Below are positions 24,749-35,392 of a stretch of DNA of 64,000 bases, one piece after another. Each line of letters begins with the position of its first letter. The first letter of the stretch is position 1. The notes beneath the pieces were generated by a model. It worked only from the letters and a program-made list of their open reading frames with translations, had not been told where the DNA came from and did not search any database. Where the stretch lies: NCBI GenBank assembly GCA_002104945.1, contig MCFH01000026.1:496001-560000 (forward strand). The letters are read 5' to 3'. Position numbers and translations under genes: made by a program. This stretch comes from Piromyces finnis finn (lineage: Eukaryota; Fungi; Neocallimastigomycota).

Positions 24749-25422
24749 TTTGAAAAAACTTATTATGACAATAGATATTAATGAATTGAAGTATTGATAT
24801 ATTGATATAAATAAGATAATGAAATAAAATATATAGTAAAATATAAATAATAATAGTAAAGACGGATATATTATATAGCTAGTGGATTATTTGTCAAACA
24901 ATATTTTAAATTTTATGGCTGGAAAAGTAGCTAAGTTGTTGACAAACTTAGTTCTAACTCTACTGAAGACTTTAAACGGAAAATAAATTTTGAATATCTA
25001 TCACTTTGGATTTCTGTATTATAACTGTATTTTGAAGGCACTTTATATTTATAAGATTTGTATTATTTATTGGATGATTTTTGTATTGTGTTGATTCTGA
25101 TTGTTGAATTTGAACATTCATTAAGGTTATTTATGTTGTAAGGTAGAGAGATAATAAGAGTGAAAAGTTGTTATATCAAAAATAATGGAAAAAAGTTGAA
25201 AAATTTTGGGTAAACATAATAAATTTTTTTTTTAAAAGATAAAATTGAAACAAGAGTAGTATTTATAATATAAAAATAGAATCCCCGATTTTCCAGGATT
25301 GAAGCTTTGATAATAAAAAATGTTAAAAAAAAAAAAAGGAAGTTAATATTTACCATAAGAGTCCATAATAAACCTAATAAAGTTATACAAATATATAAAA
25401 ATACATATAATATAAAGTATAT

Positions 25423-25466
<44 letters not shown>

Positions 25467-25727
25467 AAAGAGATAGAAAGAGTATACAAAAGAATGTTGG
25501 TAGGAAAGAGATTCCTTGGAAAATCTAGAGTTTCAAAAAATAAAAAATAAAAAAGATATGACTAGAATCATATTAAATCATAAAAAAAAAAAAAAAAAAA
25601 AGCCGCGCCCCTCGAAAAAATAAAAAATAGAAATAGAAAAAATAAAAAGATTAAATATGATTATGGTAATGAAAGCCGCACCCCACAACGAAACTCAAGA
25701 ATAAATGAAAGGAATAACAAACTAACT

Positions 25728-25772
25728 TTTTTTTTTTTTTTTTTAACGGCATCAAATATTTTAAACTTTATT
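25728..25772 (-). mobile_element. 45-nt extremely 5'-truncated family A insertion
   Basis: A T run plus aacggcatcaaatattttaaactttat (the family A 3' terminus), flanked by the 13-bp TSD taacaaactaact at 25715-25727 and 25773-25785. Confidence 0.85.
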
Positions 25773-25853
25773 TAACAAACTAACTGAAAAAACAAAACTA
25801 TCTGACTAATCAACATATAAAGAGTAGAAAGGAATAAAAGAACAAAGAGAATA

Positions 25854-28800
25854 TTTTTTTTTTTTTTTTTTTTTTTTTAACGGCATCAAATATTTTAAAC
25901 TTTATTATTAATTTAATTAAAATTATAATACATGTAATATAAAAATTAAAATAAAATAAAAATAAAAAAAATATGTTTAAATAAACACAAATGAATAAAA
26001 ATTGGGTATAATGTATTCTAGTAATTTTAATTAAAGTAAGAAAGCCACTATCATACTAAAGTATAATAATTGTATTTGACTTCCAATGGGACACCGAGCC
26101 AAAGATCAAAATTTTGTCATGGAACAAAATTATGATCTCCATTGGTTGCGCTGGCCCTCCTGGCCTGTCTTACTGTTTCTTCAGCATTGACGCTCTTGGA
26201 TGTTGCTTCAAACCTTTTGAACATTGTCCATTGCTGGCCAATAGCAAAAGGCATGATTTTGGTTAGAAGTTCCGCGGTTACCGTCAAGAATGGTGTTCCT
26301 TCGTTAGTATCAGATTGAATCTGACGCTTACAAAGTTCTTTCCATTCCCTTGAATTGTAATTAATATTGTTAAAACTTCTTCCCCCAAGAAGGAATTTAA
26401 ATATTTCACTGCACACACTAGAATAATCATACACATTAATATTCACCGGATTATTAGAACTATTACTATCATTAACTAAATTACTATCTAAATTAGAATT
26501 ATTATCTTCACTATTGCTATCATTACTAATATTATTATTTCTATTACTACTATTGTTATTATTACTATTTCTATTACTACTATTGTTATTATTACTATTT
26601 CTATTACTACTATTGTTACTATTACTATTAATGTTATTACTATCTCTACTGATATTATCAATTTCATTATTATTGATAGGACTATTGGAATTACGTTGAC
26701 TGAAAAAATTTAATAGCTGGACTATAGAATCATAATGTTTAATACGGATATCTCTAAATGTTGGACAATCTAATAACCAATGTTTAATACTTTGATCTCC
26801 ACACTTGCAACATGGACAGTAGTTAGGACAAACTGGATCAACAAATTTGGCAGCTTTGGCAACTCTAGCATCCAACTTGTATCCGCTTCTTGCTTTCAAT
26901 AGCCAGTAGAAGCCATAGGCAAACTCTGGGTACTCATAACATAATTTAATAAAATCTTTAGTTTCAATAAATTTATTATCATCATAATATTGCGCTTTGA
27001 TTGAATTCCCTTTGAGATCTTTCCAATAAAAGTTTTTAACTGCTTTAACATCTCCATGCTTCTTTAGTTTTTTTTCAAGTGTCCTACTTGATTTGCACCA
27101 CGTGTATTTTCTAAATTTAGGAATGTAATTGACAAGGTGTGAGATAATACAATTTGAGTTTTTCCATTTGTTAAAACATCTAACCTGAGCTAACGCACAT
27201 TTGGCTGACAATGGAGGAATATTCAAATCTTTTGAAATAGAATATAAAGATATAAACGATACAGCTTTATGAACTCCGGCAACCCATCGTATTCCTTTGT
27301 TAACATGCTTCTGAGCAATCCTAGACCTAGCTTTGTTGGATCCAAGTAATGGTGCAAAGTATGAAACTCTGCTAATCACTTGTGAGTTAAGTACTAGTTT
27401 TTTGAAAGGAATAGGAATATTAGGATTTCTTAAGAATTTACTGACTGAGAAAAGTCCTTTCAAAACCTTGTTATTAAGAGCTTTAATTACTGATTTAAGG
27501 GACAGATTCTTATCAAATGGAACACCAAGATAAGTATAACAATCAGTAGTTGGAATGGGTTGTCCTGCTAAGTAAAATGTTGGATCTCTCTTGTTCTGAT
27601 TTTCTATTGATTCAGGACGAATCACCATCGTTGAACATTTCTGGATACCAAATTCCATTTCATTATACAATGCCCATTCATTAACTCTTCTAAGCATCTT
27701 TTTTAAGCATCCTCTTGTTGGAGCACAAATAACTATATCATCTGCAAAAAGTCCACCACAGCATCGAGTGTCACCTAAACTGACTCCTAGATCTTCGCAC
27801 TCTTTAAATATATCATTAATAAAGAGATTAAAGAGAATAGGAGAAAGAGGGCATCCTTGACGGACTCCTTTCTTCACATCAAAAGATTTCGAGAATTGTC
27901 CATCTAATTTGACATTAGCCTTAGATGTTAAATATAAATTTTTGATGAATTGTAAACTCTTACCTCGGATTCCTAAACAATCTAATTTATGGAGAATATT
28001 ACCGATTGGGACTGAATCGTATGCTTTCTTGAGATCTAAAAAGGCCAAATATGTCTCTTTATTATCTAATTGACGTCTACGGCATATTTCTTGGATTGAA
28101 ATGAAAAGACTGATACTTTCTTCCTTTTTTCGAAAACCAAATTGTTCAGGTCTAATGAAATTATCCTTTAGACCATATTCTGAGATTCTAGTGGTGACAA
28201 TTTTGGAAATCAACTTAATACCATTATTGATAAGTGATATACCTCGATAGTTATCACAATCTGTCAAATCACCCTTCTTAGGAATAGAAACAATACTGGA
28301 TTCATTCCATGAGTTGGGGAAGTCTCCATCCCAAATACGGTTGAATAATTTAAGAATAAAATTTAACCCATGAGCATCATTATCTGAAGTAGTATTACCA
28401 GAAGAATTATTACCTGTAGCATTATTAGAATCATTACTTGATGGAATTAATGCTTTGTAAAATTCAATTGGAATACCATCCGGACCTGATGCTTTATAAT
28501 TTGGAGTAGAGAGGATAGCTGACTTGACTTCATCAATACTAATATCTTGGTTGATATCCCATTCATCAAGCATAGGAAGTGAAAAACGTTTATTCGTTGG
28601 TTCTTCATACCAATGCTCTAGATCAAGACTTACACCACTTGGATCTGATGCAAGGTTTTCGAAATGATCATGCCACACATCTAGTTGTTCTTCCGTAGCA
28701 ACAACTAATTCTCCATTTTTATTTTTAATTGGTTGAGCAATAAAGAAAGAATCTTTTCCAATTTTTGCAGTTTTCTTGATCCATTTCCAGGCCTTCTTAG

Positions 28801-31544
28801 GATTATGACTCTTCATATACTCACATCCTGTTTTAATCCAATGAAGATATTCTTGCTTCCTAAATTCATTACATCTTTTGTGGATGTAATCAATGAGCTT
28901 ACGGTAGATTTTAATTCTTTTAATAAATTCATCTATATCATAAATTCTTTCTTTTTTAAATCTCTTATACAACTTCATTTTGATTTTTTGAAGATTAAAA
29001 ATTTGTTGTGAAATATGAAATGAAGACTTTATAACATTATTTGCTGAGGTAATACTGAGCTCGTCTGCAATTGAAAAAGCAGTTGAAGTAAACTCTTTGG
29101 AAAGTTCATCTGTAGAAACATTAGGATCGTTGAATTTTGCTGAAAGTATTTGGAATTTATTATGACTGAGAATAGATTCCTTTTCCTCAGTACATTTTAA
29201 TCTATTCCATTTCAGAATTTTCTTAGGAACATTAAAGTCATTAGAAAAATCTTCCATAGGAATAATTTTACCATTAATAAGAAGTGGCTTATGGTCTGAT
29301 ACAGGATAAAAATTATTTATAAATGATCCTGAGTGAATAAGATCTTTCATCTTCGAATTGATAAGAGCATGGTCAATGTCGGAAGATTGATCACCTCGAG
29401 TCCAAGAGATAGTCGACCCTCTAAGCGGAAGAATTTCCCAATCTCCTAATCCATTAGTTGATAACCAGTTGGATAATTTTACTTTAGACATATTAAAATC
29501 ACCAACAAGAATCGATGGATGGGATGAATGAGTTTGTAACCACAAGCGAACTTCTAACTTTGCATGATCAACATAGATGTTGCGATGACTATGAGGCATA
29601 TAAACATTTCCAATCGAGCATTTGAATCTGTTCCAGAGACTAAAAGTATAAATAGAAATAATATACTTTCCAGAGAAGTTTTCAAGTGAGGCTTGACACG
29701 AATTGTGAAAACCTAAATATAAACCTCTCATTCCCGGAACTGATTCATCAGCTTTCTTGAAAAAGTGTCTATAGTTTCGCAAAGTAACACGACAAGGATA
29801 ATCTGTATTCGATCCAGAACCATTACCAGTTTCTTGGAAACATAAAAATAATGGTTTGAAAATAGCTGTGAAATAGCTAATACTATCTCTCTTTTCGTGA
29901 TTCCACCCATTGGTGTTCCAACTAAAACAAAAAGAAAAGTTATCAGGCTTGTTGGATGAGGAAGAATCGTTGCTATTATTATTATTATTAAAGTCATCGT
30001 TATTAATGGATGATGCATCAGAGGAATAAGTAGAACTATTACTAGATGGCTGTGAAACTGAAGAACTATCAACTATTGAACTTTTATCAGAGTTGATAGA
30101 ACTATTAGAATTAATTGTTGAATGTTGAGATTGAAATTGTGTTTGCTGTAGATCTGGAATATTTTCATGATGGGAAACTTGTTGAAGATCTTGTTGTTGA
30201 AGATCGGATTGTTGATGAGATTATTGAACTGATTGTTGAAATGATTGTTGAATAGAATGTTGATGTTTATTAGAAACTAAAATTTTACGTTTGAGAGTGG
30301 AAAAAGTATATTTGTGATTCCTTCTACTACGAGCTGAAAAGGAAATTGAGGTAACTGAAAGTTTCTTCTTTAACATGTGTAAGATTTTAATACAATCTTT
30401 TGATGAACCATGAACCTTGACTAAGAAAAAGTGATCATTGAAAGTCTGAAAATATTTAACACTAATAACTGAATTAAATTTATCTTCTAGAATAACCTCG
30501 AGTTTTTCCCATAGCATATTTACTGACCATGATCGAATACCACGGATAAAGAAGGAGCGAATATCATCTAAGGGGATACCATAAGACCGGGTACCACGTC
30601 TGATATAATTCTTATCTTTAATATAAAGGACTGACATGATAATAAATTCTAATTAAAAAATATTGAATATAAAATAAATACTAATAAAAATTACAAATAT
30701 AACGTATATGGAAAAAAATCTGTCTCTCTCTCTCTTCTTAAAAGTGCTGGATAGTACAAAAATTGTTACGATGCTTTGTTTAAAGTTTCTTTTTTTTTTT
30801 TTTTTTTTTTTTGAATTCTAGTTGTAAATTTTCTTTAAAAATTCTAGTTTTGGTTTGTTGTTAGTAAATTCAATTCGCTTTTTGACACTAAAATTGTTTG
30901 ACTTTACTTTTCATTAAATATTTAAATTGGTAAAAAATTTGAATCAAGAATGTCGACACCAGAAAGCTTGTGAATAGTATTTTTACATGATGTAGAGTGA
31001 ATCAGTCTCTTACAAGAAACAATTCAACAATAGCTACATGAATATAAAAATACAATGCAAATGCTAAAGTTGACTACATTGGATTCTTACAAGAGAAGAG
31101 TAGTACTACATGAATACATGAATAAAAGAAAAAAATACAGCAACAAAATGTATTACTCTTCTAATTAAATACTATACAAACTTACCTGAGTATCAAACAT
31201 TCACTTATTCATCAAATACTTAAATTCGATGAATAAAATGTTTTTTAATCGCTCAGTACCATGAGCTTAGTCCTAATAATTTTCCCTTAAAGACTAACCA
31301 AGCATCCATTGCGCAATACTTGGATTTAATTCTTTCTACTCTCTCAGTACCATGAGCATGAGTAGACTCCCTTGATAAACTACGTTTATTAAATAAATGA
31401 AGGCACGTTTCCAAGAGGGCACCAAGCATCCATTGCGCAATACTTGGATTTAATTCTTTCTACTCTCTCAGTACCATGAGCATGAGTAGACCCCCTTGAG
31501 AAACTACATTTATTAAATAAATGAAGGCACGTTTCCAAGAGGGC
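25854..31544 (-). mobile_element. Full-length LINE family A (APE-RT non-LTR retrotransposon, ~5.7 kb)
   Basis: Poly(A) at 25854-25878. 37-bp TSD ataaagagtagaaaggaataaaagaacaaagagaata at 25817-25853 and 31545-31581. Tandem 5' monomers. Confidence 0.95.
26117..30637 (-). CDS. Single-frame LINE polyprotein (~1506 codons: RRM-like N-terminus, Q/S/N linker, APE, RT, CCHC-type knuckle) with one in-frame TAA at 30221-30223
   Basis: ORFs 30221-30637 and 26117-29782 are in the same frame, and the gap reads open (SWNTNGW, CFQETG). RT motifs: KASGPDG, YRGISL, QFGFR, DLKKAYD, GVRQGCPLSP, LFADD. Knuckle: CPCC..SIKHWLLDC. Confidence 0.9.
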
Positions 31545-31545
31545 A
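31249..31545 (-). repeat. Family A 5' monomer array: two 124-bp units plus a variant partial unit, rich in hairpins
   Basis: Units start at 31298 and 31422. Each contains the palindrome attgcgcaat and stems such as tctactc/gagtaga and ccaag/cttgg. Confidence 0.9.
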
Positions 31546-31780
31546 TAAAGAGTAGAAAGGAATAAAAGAACAAAGAGAATAAGTAATAAACTGGGATAAC
31601 AAAATGTCTATGAAAGCTAAAAATTAAAGAGAAATCAAAAATATTCAAAATCAGTATTTAATACTACCAAATCAAACAATATTAAGTTAAATGTTATAAA
31701 GGTTGTAAAACACAACTACTATCTAATAAGTTGAAGGTGTAAGAGAAATATAAAATAACAACTAACACTCAGATTATCAA

Positions 31781-31931
31781 CTCTACTCGCTCAGTACCAT
31801 GAGCTTAGTCCTTATAATTTTCCTTTAAAGACTAACCAAGCATCCATTGCGCAATACTTGGATTTTTTCTACTCTCTCCGCCGTACCATGAGCATGAGTA
31901 GAGCCCCTTGAGAAACTTCATTTATTAAATA
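31781..31931 (-). repeat. Same 5' monomer module at the 5' end of family B
   Basis: Near-identical to 31249-31395 (gctcagtaccatgagcttagtc...ccaagcatccattgcgcaatacttgg...gtaccatgagcatgagtaga). Confidence 0.9.
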
Positions 31932-32301
31932 TATCCTGCTTACAAACATTATATCCTTTCCATTTTAAACCAATATATTCCATTTAAACACACCTATAAA
32001 AAGCATTCATAAAAAAAAATTTTTTTTTTAAATTATATCTTTATTACTATTTTAAAAAAATATATATTACAAAAGTTGATTTATTACTAGAATGGTAAAA
32101 GTTAAACTATAAAACAATTATATAATAAAAAGAAATGGGTATGATTATATATTAGATAATTTAACGAAAATTAATAAATTTCTTACGTTGTAAAAATAAA
32201 ATATACTAATTTTAATAATGATAATTTTTTTTAAATACTTGTATGATAGTCGTTTAAATGATAAAAGTGTTTATAAAAACGATAAAAAAATAGGTTTATA
32301 A

Positions 32302-34461
32302 TTAAAGGAAACGACGACGCATGAATTCTTCACGTCTTCCTGGACTCCAAGCACTTACAGAGGTAAAGTAACCAACAATACGAGTGATATGATCAATTAT
32401 TGGTTCTGAACATATTGGACAAGTAGTAGCATTACCACTTATAGTAATATGTTTTTGAGTACAAGAATTGTAAGAATAATTAATAGCAAAATGTTCACAA
32501 TGATTTTTTATAGCGTATTTAACAACAGCTTGCATTTGTGATGCAGATTGCATACGATCAGCTAAATTGATATGAGTAATACAACCACCACTCATATATT
32601 TAGCCAAGTCACCATCAATCTTTATTCTTTCTTCTAAAGAAATATCAGTCCAAAGTGGAACAAATTGGTTAGCATAAATTTCATATTGCATATCATTAAC
32701 TAACATATCCTTCTTAGCATGTTTAATGGCCAAGGATTCACCTGGAACTTGTTCAACATTGAATAAAATCTTGTTTTTAATATCACACTTATCGTTAGCA
32801 TAATCAGTAATGTGCTTTAAGATACGACGAGAGAGTTCAATACCATCTTCCTTTAACATATCATAACCCATTTCATTTAAACCTTCGTAGAGACCGTTAA
32901 TACCAAAGGTTAAGAAGAATCTTTCCAAGAACATGTAACCTAATTCGTCCTTAAAGAATGGACAAGCACCTCTTTCCATTTGTTTAACAATGAAAGCACG
33001 GTGAGCTAATAACATATAGTAAGCCTTTTCAAGTTGAGCATCTAAATGTTCAAAGAAAACATCAATAGCTTTTTCCTTATCTTGTTCCTTAGAAGCGTAG
33101 TAACCCATTCTAGCTAAATTAAGAGTAACGATTCTTAAACTACCAATGTTAACACCACCTTCACCAAAGACACTCATGTGAACATTTAAGTTGTTGATAA
33201 CACGGCAGCAGGAAGCAAGTTTGTTAGAGTCACTAACAAAGAAGTTGAAAAGACCATTCATATTAATTTCACAAAAGTATTCAAAGGTTTCTTGATCCAT
33301 AACTTCCTTATCATCGTTAACCTTTAAGTTTAAGGTGACAACTGGGAATGGATATGGAAGGAAAGATTCAGTAGATTGACCACGAGCAAACCAATTACAG
33401 AAAATCTTTTGTAATTCCATAACTAAATCGAGATTTGGTTGAGAACCATCTGGATAATAAACAGTTCCAAACAAGTGTTCAAGACTTGGTTTATCAAAAA
33501 TGGAAATGTTAGTGAAAGCACTTTGACAAGAGAAACGATGAGCACAATTTAAAATGTGAACAAGACTTTGATAATCGTTTTCGATTTCTTCAACCTTTTC
33601 TTTATTGTTAACAACAGTTTCAATACCTTCTAATTGAAGGTAGTAAGCGTAGTAAACAAAAAGATCAGCAACAGCAATAGCACCAGCTAATTCTTGAGAC
33701 ATACTAGTAACAGTTTCAGCAACTTGACCAATGAAACTTCTAGTGTGTTTTGGAGGAAGAGAACGAAGTTGACGGTTAAAAGTGATACCTTGAGTTACAA
33801 CAGGTTCAACAGACATAGCATAACAGTATGGAACAAAAAGGTAGCAAGAATCATGTAAATAAATATCACCGTTAATCCAAGCACGGAACATATCAACAGT
33901 CTTTTCACCACCATAAATACTTTTAACATGACTAAAGAATTGGGAAACATTAGCCAACTTTTGATATGGAGCAACAATTTCACGAATTTCCTTTGAATGG
34001 AATTTGTAAGTACCGATAGCGCCGTTAGCATTAGCATCGATACTGTGATCAGAACCATAATTCATTACATCAGTAAAGTTTGTGTTGATATCTAAAATTT
34101 CTAAACCTAAACCTTCCAATTTAAGTAATTTTCTCCAAATTTCATCTGGAGTTTTACCAGTTGGATCATGTTGTAAGAGTTCGTAGAAATCAGCATCAAT
34201 AGAAAGAGAAACACTAGTAGTAGTATAATCTGGGTTAATTATATCTGGAACTTCAGTAGCATCAGAAAGGTTAGTGTGGTCAGAACCAATAGTTCCTTGA
34301 GAAACTTCAGTATTTTCAGAAACTTCAGTGTTTTCGGATTCTGAAAAGGCGTCTTCATTTAAAGTACATTTTTTATCTAATTGTTCTTCAATTTCTCTTA
34401 TTTTCTTATCTTGAACAAACTTGTTAATTGGATCATTAATAATATCGTATTGAGTAGTCAT
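32302..34461 (-). CDS. nrdD: Class III (anaerobic, glycyl-radical) ribonucleoside-triphosphate reductase
   Basis: 719 aa, intronless. Motifs: YLHDS..VPYC, AGAIAVAD, PFPVVTLN, ASCCR, NIGSLRIVTLNLAR, LTFGINGLYE, NVEQVPGES, GGCITHIN and C-terminal C..KH..CPIC..ITRIVGYF (glycyl-radical loop). Confidence 0.95.
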   Translation of the reverse strand: MTTQYDIINDPINKFVQDKKIREIEEQLDKKCTLNEDAFSESENTEVSENTEVSQGTIGSDHTNLSDATEVPDIINPDYTTTSVSLSIDADFYELLQHDPTGKTPDEIWRKLLKLEGLGLEILDINTNFTDVMNYGSDHSIDANANGAIGTYKFHSKEIREIVAPYQKLANVSQFFSHVKSIYGGEKTVDMFRAWINGDIYLHDSCYLFVPYCYAMSVEPVVTQGITFNRQLRSLPPKHTRSFIGQVAETVTSMSQELAGAIAVADLFVYYAYYLQLEGIETVVNNKEKVEEIENDYQSLVHILNCAHRFSCQSAFTNISIFDKPSLEHLFGTVYYPDGSQPNLDLVMELQKIFCNWFARGQSTESFLPYPFPVVTLNLKVNDDKEVMDQETFEYFCEINMNGLFNFFVSDSNKLASCCRVINNLNVHMSVFGEGGVNIGSLRIVTLNLARMGYYASKEQDKEKAIDVFFEHLDAQLEKAYYMLLAHRAFIVKQMERGACPFFKDELGYMFLERFFLTFGINGLYEGLNEMGYDMLKEDGIELSRRILKHITDYANDKCDIKNKILFNVEQVPGESLAIKHAKKDMLVNDMQYEIYANQFVPLWTDISLEERIKIDGDLAKYMSGGCITHINLADRMQSASQMQAVVKYAIKNHCEHFAINYSYNSCTQKHITISGNATTCPICSEPIIDHITRIVGYFTSVSAWSPGRREEFMRRRFL

Positions 34462-35361
34462 TTTTAAATAATTTTTATTTTGTTTTGTTTAATGTTTAAC
34501 TTTTTTTCTAAATTGAAATGAATAAAAAATAGTAAATTTCGTAAAAGATTTCTTTTTTATTTTATTGGTATAAGCTGTTTTTGTTTTTTAAAAAAAGATG
34601 GTTAAAATCTAAAAAATAAAAAAAAAAGAATTGAGAAATAAAAAAGAAATAAATTTTTTAATAATTTTTTAAATCAACTTTTGCTAAAACTTTTGTAATA
34701 AAAAAAAGTGAAAAAATGGGAATTTTCGTTTTTTTTATACTTTTTCATTTTTTATTTACAATTTTTTATTTACAAGTTTGAGGAATGAATAATCCTATTT
34801 TCATTATACTCTAATATATAGGAACAATTAAAATTTTAAATTGAATGTCATATATTATTTTTTTATATTAAAATTTAAAAAAAATTTTTTTGTTGTCTGT
34901 TCAAAAAAAAAACCATTTTATAATAAAAAAAATGAATTTGAAATCAGGCTCAAATTCTGGTAAATTTCATGAATTTTAAAAAATCTTCAGGCAAAGATAA
35001 AATTTCGATACTTTGCCACCACATTTTTTGATAATAAAATCGATTAATCATTTTTAATACAATAGCTAATGAAAGGGGATTGTATATATTACTGTACATT
35101 GTAATATATTTTAAATTTTAATTTGATAATTTTTTATAGGTACATAAATTTATGTAAATTAAAAAATTTTGATTATACTCATAATATATTGTATAATATA
35201 TTATTCAATTTAAATTTTAATTAATATAAATTTAAAAAAATAATTAAATTTATTTTTGTTTTTTTGTTGTCCTTCGCTAAACCATTAAAAATGTTTATAT
35301 ATGGTTCAATTTAATTTTTGAATTGAATCCTATATTAGAGTCAATTGTACTTTTAAAATAA

Positions 35362-35362
<1 letters not shown>

Positions 35363-35392
<30 letters not shown>

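Larger units (their letters stand above)
21499..31931 (-). mobile_element. LINE family B element, RT-deleted, interrupted by family A insertions
   Basis: Poly(A) (T run 21499-21521). 14-bp TSD tatcctgcttacaa at 21485-21498 and 31932-31945. The 5' module lies at 31781-31931. Confidence 0.85.

Noticed and set aside
24760-25700. Separate ORF1 in the family B 5' region
   Set aside because: All frames are broken and no domain is recognisable; it is treated as UTR.
31249-31931. CRISPR array or known ribozyme reading of the spaced hairpin repeats
   Set aside because: The units are contiguous 124-bp tandem copies without unique spacers, and there are no cas genes. I found no CUGANGA/GAAA core with a stem II and no HDV nested pseudoknot.
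32302-34461. nrdD as bacterial contamination
   Set aside because: Flanks are poly-A/T eukaryote-like DNA continuous with host retroelements, there is no operon or nrdG neighbour, and codon usage matches an AT-rich host. Read-level confirmation is still desirable.
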